Assembly (NCBI GenBank): GCA_037447605.1
Contig: CM074810.1
Coordinates: 2,824,880-2,888,879 of the forward strand
DNA: 64,000 nt
Source of the DNA: Zygnema circumcarinatum SAG 698-1b
Taxonomy: Eukaryota > Plantae > Zygnematophyceae
Direction: 5' to 3'
Part shown: piece after piece, positions 1 to 10,500 of the stretch
Layout of the letters: each line of letters opens with the position of its first letter
How positions within the stretch are numbered: position 1 is the first letter of the stretch
The notes under the pieces: model-generated
What the model was told of the DNA's origin: nothing
The model's input: the letters and a program-made list of their open reading frames with translations, nothing else
The model's database searches: none
Made by a program: the position numbers and the translations under genes

Positions 1-413
1 AAGGCGGGTAAATACAAGGTGGCTAGACATGGCATGCATTAGAACGTGGAGGAGTAGTGCAACGCTTAGTACTTAAGTAGAGTTAGGCTTAGGTAATAGA
101 TATTTAATACGCTCGCAGCCTATAGCTCGTGCTGTTAAGTGCGCCGTTCCCGCCTCGTGATGGGCGCTAGGTCGGAGTTAGCCTTAGGCTGAAGTAGAAG
201 CCCGAGGGCTGAAACTTGTGCTTGTAACTTCCTTTACTTTATTAAGGAGTTTTGAGGCCGGGTGCTTTCTCCTTACATTTCCTTACGGTGTTTTTTTGCT
301 CGTTTGATTTCAGTTATCTTTCAGTGTGTGCACTTGAGAGCTTTCCTTGATTCAGATTGCAAACATGGCAGTGAGTGAAGTGAGTGAGACGGACCGGGCC
401 TTATTTTTCAACA
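1..413 (+). mobile_element. 3' portion of a Copia-type LTR, same family as the solo LTR at 36637-37562
   Basis: Ends ...ggaccgggccttatttttcaaca (CA end at 413). Collinear with the reverse complement of 36637-37000. Carries the AAGGAG...CTCCTT motif at 244-274. Confidence 0.75.
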
Positions 414-585
414 GTGTGGTAGTCAGGGGCAGCCGCAAGCAACGCTTAGTAGAGCGTAGGATAGAGCCAGAGTCAGGAGTAGAATACTGCCTGCACCTGT
501 TGTAGCTTTCATTGTATAAAGAAGAGGTTTTCGGCCGGTGGGCTTTTCTCTTGCACACTGTCTCTCGGTTCTTGCTTGGCTCACG
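414..585 (+). mobile_element. Fragment of a second LTR (R/U5-like region) interrupted by the upstream LTR
   Basis: Has the variant motif aagaggttttcggccggtgggcttttctctt (522-552) seen in the other LTR families. Right boundary approximate. Confidence 0.5.
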
Positions 586-1403
586 GTAGTCATCATGTCC
601 GAGAGCAACACGGGAGAAGACACGACCAGAGGGGGCTCAGTTTTTGACCCCTCAATCTCAACAAAACTTGACGTGGTCCTCCGCGTCACCATGAGCTCTG
701 ATACCACTTGTTGGTGCAGTGACTCCTCCACTGCTGCCGGCTTCTCCACTCGCATCACCTTCCATCGGAGTTCGCGTTCCAATCGATGATGACATTTCCC
801 AAACTCTCACTTGCACTCATAGCCCATTTTACTCACAGAGTGAACCTCACAGAATATGCACAGCGGAATAACAGAGAGAAAAGGATAGGAGAAAGCTCTC
901 GGCTTTAAAACTCCTTAATAATAAACTTATCAACACAAGTGAGAGACCCCCTCTCAAATAGCCCAATAAACTCAAAAGCCCACTACATCGCAGCACGAGC
1001 AAGTGTAGTGTTAAGCAACACGAGCAACAGCTTCTCAGAGTCTACAATAGCTACGTTGATAATCCAGAAGTTGAAGATTAATAACCAAACAAAACAACAC
1101 ACTATATACTATGTCACAACATCCGTGACACTACCATGCTACGAAGCCCACAACATCGGCTAGCGGCCCGCAAGGGCNNNNNNNNNNATTCGCTCCGCGG
1201 CCGCGTCCGCGCCACGTCACTTTCCGATTCGTCGCATCGCGCCTCGTCACTTCTGACTCCGTCGCGCCGCGCCTCTTCCACCGACCAAATGTCCGTACCG
1301 CCGCCTACTAACTTAGGCGCACACCCGCCGCCAAGGAAACACACAACACAAACACACAAAACTAATGTTCCAACAAAAACATGCTAACTATCGTACACTA
1401 ACG
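586..1403 (-). mobile_element. 5' end of a family-A Copia element: LTR 709-1403 (internal gap), PBS 695-706, start of gag (MVTRRTTSS...)
   Basis: The LTR is the reverse complement of the LTRs at 13212-13533 and 18270-19246. gctctgatacca is the reverse complement of the tRNA-iMet PBS TGGTATCAGAGC. It abuts the 5' LTR remnant of element B. Confidence 0.85.
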
Positions 1404-3329
1404 GCAGCCCCACCAAGGGAGGGCGCTGCAACAACAAGTGGTATCAGAGCCGAAGGCGAAGAAGACGTGAAGTTTACCATTCCAACTTTTGATGGGAAGA
1501 ACTACAAGCGGTGGAAGTTTCGCATGCTCACGGTGCTGGAGAACAAGCGGCTGTTGGGGTATGTGAATGGTTCCATTGTGGCCCCCGATTCAGATATTAA
1601 TCCACTTGAGTTTGAGAAGTGGAGGGTTAAGGATTGCAAGGTTAGGACCCTGCTTTGTGCTGGTGTTAGTGAGGAACCTACAGACTTGATTTCAGAGTTA
1701 AAGACAGCTCGGGAGATGTGGGATACTCTAGAGAAGATTTATGATGTGGTAGATAATGCCACTGTAGTGTATCTCTATACGGAGCTAGGAAAACTCAGTT
1801 TGGATTCAGGGGAGGAGCTGAAAGACTATGTGATCAAGTTTGATAATCTGATGCAAAAGTTTGATGGGATGAAGCAGCCCCTTCACTTGGATCACAAGAT
1901 TAGTCTATTCCTTGGAGGCTTGCCGGATAGATTTGACCCTGCTTGCACTGCTCTACGAACTCAGCTTTCTACGACTAAGATGACCTTTGAGCAGGTCAAG
2001 AGGAGAGTGGTAGAGGAGGATGGTCTTCAGGACAAGAAGCAGTACAGGTCAAGTTCGGAGAAGCTGTATGCTGCAACTGCTCGCCCATACAGGAACGGCA
2101 AGGGACCAAACGCAGCCAAGGATGGTGGAGAGCTGAAGACTCAGAGGACTTGCTACTCTTGTGGGAAGACCGGTCACTTCAAGAGGAACTGCCCCAACAT
2201 TCAGAATGGTGGTTCATCCTCGAATGCAGATGCTCCAAAAGAGCAAGAAGGGAGGAGGGGTGATGGCAGGTATCCCAGAGATGAACGCAAGAGGATTCAC
2301 GAGACGAACTTGATGTTCTCGGATTGGGGACCTAATGATGAGTTTGTCGGATGTCTTAGAGTTGAAAATTCAGCTAAACCTTGGGTGATTGATTCCGGTG
2401 CTTCAAGGCACATGTGCGTGGACGACTCACTCTTTGCAGAGAAGGAGACTTTGGAGGAAACCCGCTCGGTCTACTCAGCAACTGGAGAAGGAGTCTCGGT
2501 GACGCAAGGCGGAACAGTCAAGTTGGAGGTGCTCGGGGAGGGAAGCACGCAGAGGGTTGTCCATGTTGGCAACGTACTGCATACTCCCAGACTACAGATT
2601 AATTTCCTCTTTGTTAGTCAGCTGTGTGAGAAGGACTATGGAGTATGGTTTGAGAAGGGTAGTTGTGAGGTCATTCACAAGGAGACAGGGCAAGTCTTGT
2701 GCAAGGGAATCCAGCAAGGTGGGCTTTACTTTCTAAAGTGGAAGGAGGCTCAAGGGCTGAGCTATCCCGCCAAGGACCCTGTAGAGAAACCCATTCACCA
2801 TAAGATAGATCCAGTCCAGCTTGGAGGAGGAAAGGGGATGCTAGAGCAAGCATTGAGGCTCAAGGGAGCAGGGGATTATTTCGCCAACGACATTTCAGAT
2901 AGCCAGGCTAAGGAGGTTGAAAGACCCATCACCGAAAGGGTGGACATTAGTGGTGGTGAGAATGTGTGCGAATTCCAGGATCACTCAGAGTTAGTGAGCT
3001 CCAAGGAGGCCGGAAACACGGGCTTGTTGCATCCAAACAAGGATGGAGTTGAAGTGGAGGGGTCCTTTCAACCCAGGGAAGTTGAGCAGCCTGAGGACAA
3101 GGTTGCGGCTACAAAGGAATACCCGGTTGCTGGACCTATGAGGAGTTCAGCGGAAGCACCCAGGATCGAATGTGGAAGGCGACCAAGTGAGGATCAAGAG
3201 GGGGAAGATGATCTCTCGGGCCTTGAGATCAAGAGGGGGCAGCTTGTGAGGACAAGGGAGCATACATGTAGTTGTGGGACACTAGGGAATTGTAGTGGTC
3301 TCATGGAACTAGGGCCCATGGGGAACTAA
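1404..3329 (+). CDS. Copia Gag (UBN2-type with CCHC knuckle) plus aspartic protease, then an acidic tail with no pol domains
   Basis: IPTFDGKNYKRWKFRM, CYSCGKTGHFKRNC and WVIDSGASRHM. The stop lies 5 nt before the PPT. The true start codon is probably in the LTR; the ORF-track start at 1365 is chimeric. Confidence 0.85.
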   Translation, partial: AAPPREGAATTSGIRAEGEEDVKFTIPTFDGKNYKRWKFRMLTVLENKRLLGYVNGSIVAPDSDINPLEFEKWRVKDCKVRTLLCAGVSEEPTDLISELKTAREMWDTLEKIYDVVDNATVVYLYTELGKLSLDSGEELKDYVIKFDNLMQKFDGMKQPLHLDHKISLFLGGLPDRFDPACTALRTQLSTTKMTFEQVKRRVVEEDGLQDKKQYRSSSEKLYAATARPYRNGKGPNAAKDGGELKTQRTCYSCGKTGHFKRNCPNIQNGGSSSNADAPKEQEGRRGDGRYPRDERKRIHETNLMFSDWGPNDEFVGCLRVENSAKPWVIDSGASRHMCVDDSLFAEKETLEETRSVYSATGEGVSVTQGGTVKLEVLGEGSTQRVVHVGNVLHTPRLQINFLFVSQLCEKDYGVWFEKGSCEVIHKETGQVLCKGIQQGGLYFLKWKEAQGLSYPAKDPVEKPIHHKIDPVQLGGGKGMLEQALRLKGAGDYFANDISDSQAKEVERPITERVDISGGENVCEFQDHSELVSSKEAGNTGLLHPNKDGVEVEGSFQPREVEQPEDKVAATKEYPVAGPMRSSAEAPRIECGRRPSEDQEGEDDLSGLEIKRGQLVRTREHTCSCGTLGNCSGLMELGPMGN

Positions 3330-4371
3330 GTACCAAGAGGGGGATTGTTAGTGTAAAGTAGTTAGCGACTTGTTGTACACTAAGTTGTTGGTACTAAGTT
3401 CTAAGGAGGGGTGTGCTCATGATGTCTACATTGTACGGCGAACCGTCTAAGTGACCGTACAAGTCTTTAAGGGGTGTGCAAATAGCGCGCAGAGTTTGAT
3501 TTGGTAAGGCATGACATTAGAATATCGGTGCAGCCAATCAGTGGTACGATTTGTAAGGCCAAGACCTTGAATGTACGGACATTGGTCGGTGGCGCGGCGC
3601 GGCGTGGCGGAGTCAGATGTGACGTGGCGCGATGCGACAAATCGAGAAGTGACGCAGCGCGAATCAGAGCGCGGAGCAGAACTAACGAGGTACGGAGTTA
3701 GCAATGATTCATTTGGAGGACAATGGCGAATCGGAAGGCGCCACGTGTTGGGTTAAAGGGAAGGCCTGTACGGCCTAGGTCGGTGGCGCTCGTAGGCTTA
3801 CGGGGTCCCACATGCCGCCAAGTAATGAGGAGTCAGATCCTACGGTGAAGGACGCGGATGGAGATAAGGCTAAGGCGGATCTGACGGCAACGATGTGCTG
3901 GATCCGTGCAAGCCTACGAGGATCCGACGGCGCGAGATTAGGATCGGGATAAGGGTCTTGCAAGGCGTTGCATGTGCGGCTGTGACGTGACAATGTCACT
4001 AATGGCGCCATATTGTATTTAAGGCTTAGATTGTTTGGTAGAAGTTAACCTTCTCGTGACTCACAGTGGGGTGAGGCTATCTTGCTTAGGGCCTAGGAGA
4101 TAGTGGGAAGAGTTCAGCTTGTAGTGGGTGGTTTATTCACGTAGCTTGAGAGGAGGTGCTTGAAGCTTGGCTCTAGTGTTGTCAAGTTGTATTTCATCTT
4201 TATCTTAAGGAGTTTTAGGCTGGTGGCTTTCTCCTTACATTTTCATATTTCCGCTGAGTTGTTCTCTTGCATTTAGTGTGCTTTGTGTGATTGAGCAATT
4301 CATTGAAGATGTCGAGTTCTACCCAGGGTAGAGGAGAAGTGGCAGCCCCACCAAGGGAGGGCGCTGCAACA
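1404..4371 (+). mobile_element. Non-autonomous Copia derivative (element B, TR-GAG-like): 5' LTR remnant 1404-1436, PBS 1439-1450, gag-protease ORF, PPT about 3335-3345, 3' LTR 3346-4371
   Basis: gcagccccaccaagggagggcgctgcaaca ends both LTRs. PBS is tggtatcagagc and PPT is aagagggggat followed by TGTTAG. No integrase, RT or RNase H motifs lie between the LTRs. Confidence 0.85.
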
Positions 4372-4705
4372 TGTTGAAGCAGGGGTTTGCTCCCCACTTC
4401 TAGCGCCACCTCGGGTGTCGCCCTCCATTGCAACTTGAGTTCCCACGGATGAAGACATTCAAACACTCAAAGCTCTATCTTACTTCACTCATCGCCCATA
4501 ACAACAGAATGAAGCTACAAGACAAGCACAGCGGAAATCACAATGAGAGAGTGTCAAGAGAAAGCTCACGGCTCTAAAACTCCTTATAATAAAACTGTCT
4601 TCCCTTAATGAAGTTCTCCCACCACTTCAAGGTCCCTCTTACTCACTACCTCACGACACAAGTGTGGGCAGCCCAGCAGCACGAGCAGGCTCTGAATATG
4701 AGCAC
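4372..4705 (-). mobile_element. 3' half of a Copia-type LTR (element H)
   Basis: Begins TGTTGAAG directly after the B LTR and contains the reverse-complement hairpin motif at 4555-4585. It joins Gypsy sequence from the LTR interior. Confidence 0.65.
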
Positions 4706-5422
4706 GAGCTTGTTCTTATAGCCATTGCCTTGGCCGTCCAGGAACAAAGGATCACCAATGTACCCCTCCTGAATCATCTGTCTGAAATTAGAGAGAGCAG
4801 GAGAGTTGACTGCGTCACTGGTGGAGGGGTTTATGACAAAACATACTGGAGATGTAAACGCTGGGTTGGCCGGCCCTTCGTCTCCACCATCTCGTACCAC
4901 CAACACTCGAGTCGACGAGCGCATCATCCAGGCTAGATGAATGGGTTGCCTGCTCAGTGGGTCCGCTACATTTAGCCATCTAGGCCTGTATACCCACTTG
5001 CAGTCGAACCGTTGGAGGAACTCACACCAACGTGCCTGCCGCCTCGAAAGAGTTTGCTGCGTGGAGAGGAACGTCAGTGGACGGTGGTCTGTGACCAGCG
5101 TGACTGCCACCGCCCCCTCCAAATAGCAACGCCATGTCCTCAGGGCGTGAACCACGGCCAAGAGCTCTTGCTCTGTGGCGGAGTAGTTTCGCTTAGCTGG
5201 GTTCATCTTGCGACTTTCGTAAGCAAGAGGTTGGTCGTCTTGGAACAAGACCGCACCCAAAGCGAACCCAGAAGCGTCACAGACCACCTCATATGGTAAG
5301 GTGGGATCAGCTAACCTCAACGTAGGCGCTGTCACAAGTGCATGTCTAACACCATCAAAGGCCACCTGGCACTCTGGTGTCCATGCATACGCGACACCGG
5401 AACGTGTCAAATTGGTAAGAGG
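4706..5422 (-). pseudogene. Ty3/Gypsy pol fragment: RT connection and RNase H
   Basis: PLTNLTRSGV, YEVVCDASGFALGAVLFQ, AYESRKMNPAKRNYSATEQELLAVVHAL, TDHRPL and RRQARW. Confidence 0.9.
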
Positions 5423-5432
5423 TGTTTGTTAG

Positions 5433-6100
5433 TGTTAGTGTATGATAGTTAGACATTGTATGGCACACACTAACTTGTTGTGGTACTCAGTTTGTAGAAC
5501 ATGAGATCTGCTAGGCGTAGTACTCTTAGATTTAGGAATGTCGGTGCTCTGACTTATGGTGAGTGCGCCGCGAGTGCACGGAGTACGAACGAACGGCGCT
5601 GATTGGTCGCGGCGCTGACACACGTAAGTGGAGTACGGACGAGCAACTTTGATTGGTCGAGGCGCGGCCACGGATTCGCGAAGTACGGACGCGCGCGACT
5701 CTGATTGGTCGCGACACGGGCGCGAAACATGGAGCGCGAAGTTGCGGCGCAAAAACGACATGGAAGATATTTGGCAGCGAACCGGAATGCGCCACGTGGA
5801 CCACTCGCGATGTGGGTCCGCGAGTTCGAGTGTACGGCCGAGATGTCGGCGGGCGAAGACTGCGAAGGAGCGCTGGCGAAACGGCAAAACAGTACGGACG
5901 GATGTACGATCCGACAAGAACTAGGTCGGCGCCGCCGTAGGTTTACGAGGCAGCTAGCTAGTCGTTATTTCTGAGTGCGCCCACTCAGACTCGGTGCATG
6001 GGTTTGCAATGGCGGACGTGACGTGACATGTGTGTCACGTCACGGACGCCATATTTTATAGTGCGTAGTTTTACTATGGGAAGTAACCCACCCACACTAC
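5433..6100 (+). mobile_element. 5' half of a Copia-type LTR (element H), inverted relative to its 3' half
   Basis: Starts tgttagtgtatgatagttag like the family A/B LTRs, has the gtgacgtgac...gtcacgtcac palindrome near 6017-6042, and ends in the LTR interior. Confidence 0.65.
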
Positions 6101-6104
6101 TCTG

Positions 6105-7330
6105 TCCTTTTTGGTACCACGATAAGCAGTTAGTCGTACCCAAGGCTGGATCCGTACAGCAGCTCATACTGAGTGAGATGCACGATCCTCCGTACAGAGG
6201 CCATATGGGAGTTGCCAAAACCCGTGAAGCACTGCTCCAAGAATTCTGGTGGCCCGGAATTACAGCGGACGTGGAGGCGTATGTACTCGCATGCCCAACT
6301 TGTCAACGCGATAAGCCTCGTACCGGTCCGGTGCCTGGCTTGCTTCAGCCCATTGCTCCTCCTTACAGGAAGTGGGAGAGCGTGGGGATGGACTTGATCA
6401 CAGATTTACCTGTGACAGCTCGGGGTTTTGACTCCATCCTCGTGTTCGTCGACCGGCTGAGCAAGATGGTGCATTTTGCACCTACTGCTAAGACAGCTGG
6501 AGCCGATGAAGTAGCACGACTCTACGTTGACAAGGTCTGGAGTCAACATGGACTTCAATCTGAGATCATCTCAGATAGAGATACCCGATTCACGGGGCAT
6601 TTCTGGAAAGAAATCCTCCGTATTATCGGGACTAAGCAGGCTATGAGTACAGCCTTCCACCCTCAGACAGATGGGCAGACGGAGAGGGTTAACCGGATTC
6701 TGGAAGACTATTTGAGGCATTATGTGGGACCCGTCCCGGATGGATGGGATGAACTGCTCCCGGTGGCTGAGTATGCCATTAATAATGCATTCCAGGAATC
6801 AATCGGTACCACTCCATTCTTTTTGAACTTTGGTCAGCATCCTCTAAATCCCCTGCAGCCAAGAGATCAGCAGCCAGATGTGTGGAACATGGATGTTCAC
6901 AGGCTCCCGGATCCTTGGGGCATGAGAGGAGCTGGCGGGAGTCAACCTCCCGCCGTTAGTGCTTTCACNNNNNNNNNNTGTGGCCTCGCTTCATGGGACC
7001 GTTTTCGGTCGTGAAGCGAATCGGCGAGGTCGCTTACCGGTTGGCTTTACCAGCTCATATGAAGGTGCATCCGGTCTTTCATGTGGGTCTTCTTAAGGCA
7101 TACCACAGCGACGGGAGAGTCCAACCACCTCCCCCTCTAGTGGAAGTTGAAGGCGACCTCGAGTATGAGGTGGAGGCCATCCAAACCCACAGGACTGTGA
7201 GTAGAGGTTAGACTTCCCGCCACGAGTATCTAAAATGGTTGGGCTATGGGGTTGAACATAGCACGTGGGAACGTGAGAGCAATCTAACAAATTGCACGGA
7301 GCTCCTGAGATTCGACTGGGAGGCGCAGAC
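6105..7330 (+). pseudogene. Chromoviral Ty3/Gypsy integrase with GPF motif and C-terminal chromodomain (gap and stop/frameshifts)
   Basis: HHCC zinc motif HDPPYRGHMG...CPTCQ. Core VGMDLITDL, IISDRDTRF, HPQTDGQTERVN. GPFSVVKRIGEVAYRLALP...HPVFHV. Chromodomain EYEVEAI...KWLGYGVEHSTWERESNL. Confidence 0.9.
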
Positions 7331-7505
7331 CGCTGGTGAGCGGGGGAGGGCGGCTAGGGGGGTTCCCGAACCGTCCACGCGCTACTCAGAAAGGGACTTG
7401 ACTGGGATTAACGCTGAGCCCTCCCGTACACCCCGCAGACAGAGGCGCGTACCTCTTAAACTGCGGGCTGCCAAGGTTACTTTTCCCCAGTAAACGAGGG
7501 CGTTC

Positions 7506-10500
7506 TGTGAGAGGGGCAGAGGGATGAGAAGCAAATTCACCTTCCACCCTTTCTCCCTCTTCACTGTCCATGGAAACTTCCCTCCTGGTGCCCGCAGCAC
7601 TCTCACTCATTTTTCACTCACGTGCATACACAACACACGAGAGGCGGAATAGAAAAACGTAGGAGAAAGCTCCCAGCCTAAAACTCCTTTATGATGACAA
7701 GCTTTCCAACTCAAGCCCCCATAAGCCTAGTCAAGCTTTCACCACATGATCACTTCACCTTCACGTGAGGCAGCTCTCCACACACGGAGACTCCTCACAA
7801 AGGTCCACCTCCTGTTGCCAAAGCCATGCCTTCAAACTGCCATAGCCTTGCAATGCATATCAAGAAGGTTTGTATCTTACACACCTACTCCTCAATATAT
7901 AGTATGAGGCTGTGACGTGACAATGTCACGTCACATACGCCGGGACCATGCATGCGACAACCTTAATTCAAACAACCTTAAACTACTTCGTGTCTTGCTA
8001 TGCAAAGTACATCTAGCCTGGCAACGTACCAACACCAACGTACTAATCCAGGTGGGCATGCACTCTACCGTCGGTTACACATCCCGCCGTCCTAACAAAG
8101 ACTAACTCCGTACTCCTCGAGGTACACTCCGCCGACTCCTTGCCGCCACAACATTCCAAGACTCCACACTCTAGAAAAGATTCCTCAGAGCAATGTTGAT
8201 TGGCAGACTCCCGACCGCACGATCCGCATCGGTCCCTTGGTCGGTCTTGCCTCCGTGGCCGTACGATCAGCATCGGCCGCTCGGCCGGTCTCGCCTCCGT
8301 GCGCACGCTCCTGAGTCGTACGATGAAGCAAGCCTGTCCCCATACAGTTCGCACCTGACACGTGGCGCCTTCCGATTCGTCACTATCTTCTAGATGTAGA
8401 CGTTGCTAACTCAGCGCCTCCTCATGCTGATTCGTCGCGCCGACATCTCAGCACCGACCAACGTCCGTACCTCTAAAGTACATACTGTACCGAATCATGC
8501 TTCATGTCACGCTCGAAGATCACGCTGCGATTTGCGTGCTGTCGCGACCAATCATGTCGCTTCACGCAAATCCGCCTCTCGCGTCCAAAATCACTGAGTC
8601 CGTACATTTCCGCTTCGTCCGTACAGTCGCGCGCCGTCCGTACGGCCGCGCTCCATTCAATCAAGGCGCATCCCGCGCACCCCCTTTGGTACGGTCTAAG
8701 CCTAAGCCTTAACCCTAAGACTCTAGACCTTCCCTAGACCTATCGTACCATGCCCTAACGATACGGGCACCCCCCATGTTCGGTCCTACACCAAACATGA
8801 CCATCCATGCATGACATTGTCCCAACAAAACATTGTTCTCATGGACAACACTCATGCGAGGAACTAAGTACCAACAACCTGATGTACCTATACATCAACA
8901 ATCCCCCTCTTGGTACGTAAGTTCCTTGCAAGCTATACTAGCACAACACCCTAAGCTTAGCAACATCTAACTTAGGCATACCTTGCCGCTTGCACACCAA
9001 TTCCCTTGAATTGATTCCACCATGAATGCAATAGCCATTGCACCCTCCCTCGTGCCACCTCGTCCAATAGATGGTCTTCACTCAGCATGCGCATCGGTTG
9101 CACATCTGAACCTCCTTGAGCGCAGTTGACACCTTGTCAACAATGTAGTGGGAACCTTCAACTACAAAGTCATTCTCCAAGGTAAACTCGAGAAGTCCCT
9201 ACTTCTCCTCCTAACTAACATATCCATGAAGTCGTCTTCTTCATTGCCGCTCACCCCCTCATAAACATGAGGTCGTCCATAGCTGTCCTCCAAGTCCTCC
9301 TCAGGGTACTCTCGCCATTTGTTGTAGGCCTCCACCCAAATGAAGTGCCATCTTCACCAACATCTTCCTCTTCACGATCCTGGGACCTCACACTATGAAC
9401 TCACATGTCCACCATGGACAAGCTCTCCTTAGCACCATCTGCCAAGTCCACATCTGAACACCTTGTCTACCCCCTCTTAAGCTCAACAGCTTATCTGTAC
9501 AAAGACTGGTCCTCCAAAGCCAACTTTAGCTTCATCATCCGGGCACCCTCCTCTTGTACTCCACCTATGGGGTCTTGTTTCTGCTCACTTACTCCATTAA
9601 TGAGCTAGCGAATCAGATGTCCCTCTTCCTTTGTCAGAGTCCTACAAACCCTGCTTGACACTTTCTCGATTGCATGTCAATTTCCAAAGAATGTCATTCC
9701 TGCACCTTTCATATGCATCTGAAAAACACCTCACTCTAGCTGTAGTGACTTTCTAAGGAATTCCTAGACGGGGAGTGTACTGCACCAGCATCATGATGAT
9801 AGTCTCCACACTCTGCATGTCCCTTGATTCCGTTGCCACCAGCCGCGCCTTCAAGCGCTCCTTGCAATAGCTTCCACCAGCCGCGCCTTCAAGCAATCCT
9901 TGCCACTGCTTGATCCAGCCGCGCCCTCAAGCGCTCCTTGCCTACCGCTTGATCTCCATGATCACTGGCAGCTCTTCAAACATTCGAGTTCTTCTCTTCA
10001 ACACTTCAAGACTGCTCAGCTTCCACTATCATAGCATCTTCCACATTTCTCCCACTCGAGAGAGAAGTCATTTGAAGTGAGCATCAAAGATCTGTTGTCT
10101 TGCTGCTCCTCTGCTAATGATAAGCATGATTGGGCTTATTGGGCTACCCTTGTAGCATCCTCCTCCAACCATGTCCCTGAGTCTTACAATCTTCTTCTTT
10201 TGAGGAAAACAAAAAACCTCTTCCTCAAACTCTATCACACAAAAGGTCTGCAAGATTGCGGTACCTTGCTTCTGGCGCCATCCCTTCATGAGTGCGACCT
10301 CGCCAGCTCCATGTCGACATCTCTTCCTCTTGTGACTTCGAGACCTAGGCACCTCTCAAGATCCTAGTCCTTGCAGGCAATTTCAAGCTCTTCAAGCTTG
10401 GGTGTCCGAGTTCTTCGATGCCGAGCTCCACAAGCTATCATGCCAACGTCCACCGCTGCACCTTCCCCTTTCTGAGAAGTACAAGCTACTCTGCTCTCTT

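Noticed and set aside
414-430. PBS-like gtgtggtagtcagg after the first LTR
   Set aside because: It is a poor match to TGGTATCAGAGC, and the following sequence is LTR-like rather than gag.
1365-1403. Start MFQQKHANYRTLT of the 654-aa ORF
   Set aside because: It comes from the antisense strand of the inserted family-A LTR; the native start is in the B LTR.
7661-7689. Literal similarity of the element C hairpin loop (GCTGGGAGCT) to HIV TAR
   Set aside because: The loop varies among families and the match is short; only the general architecture is reported, not homology.
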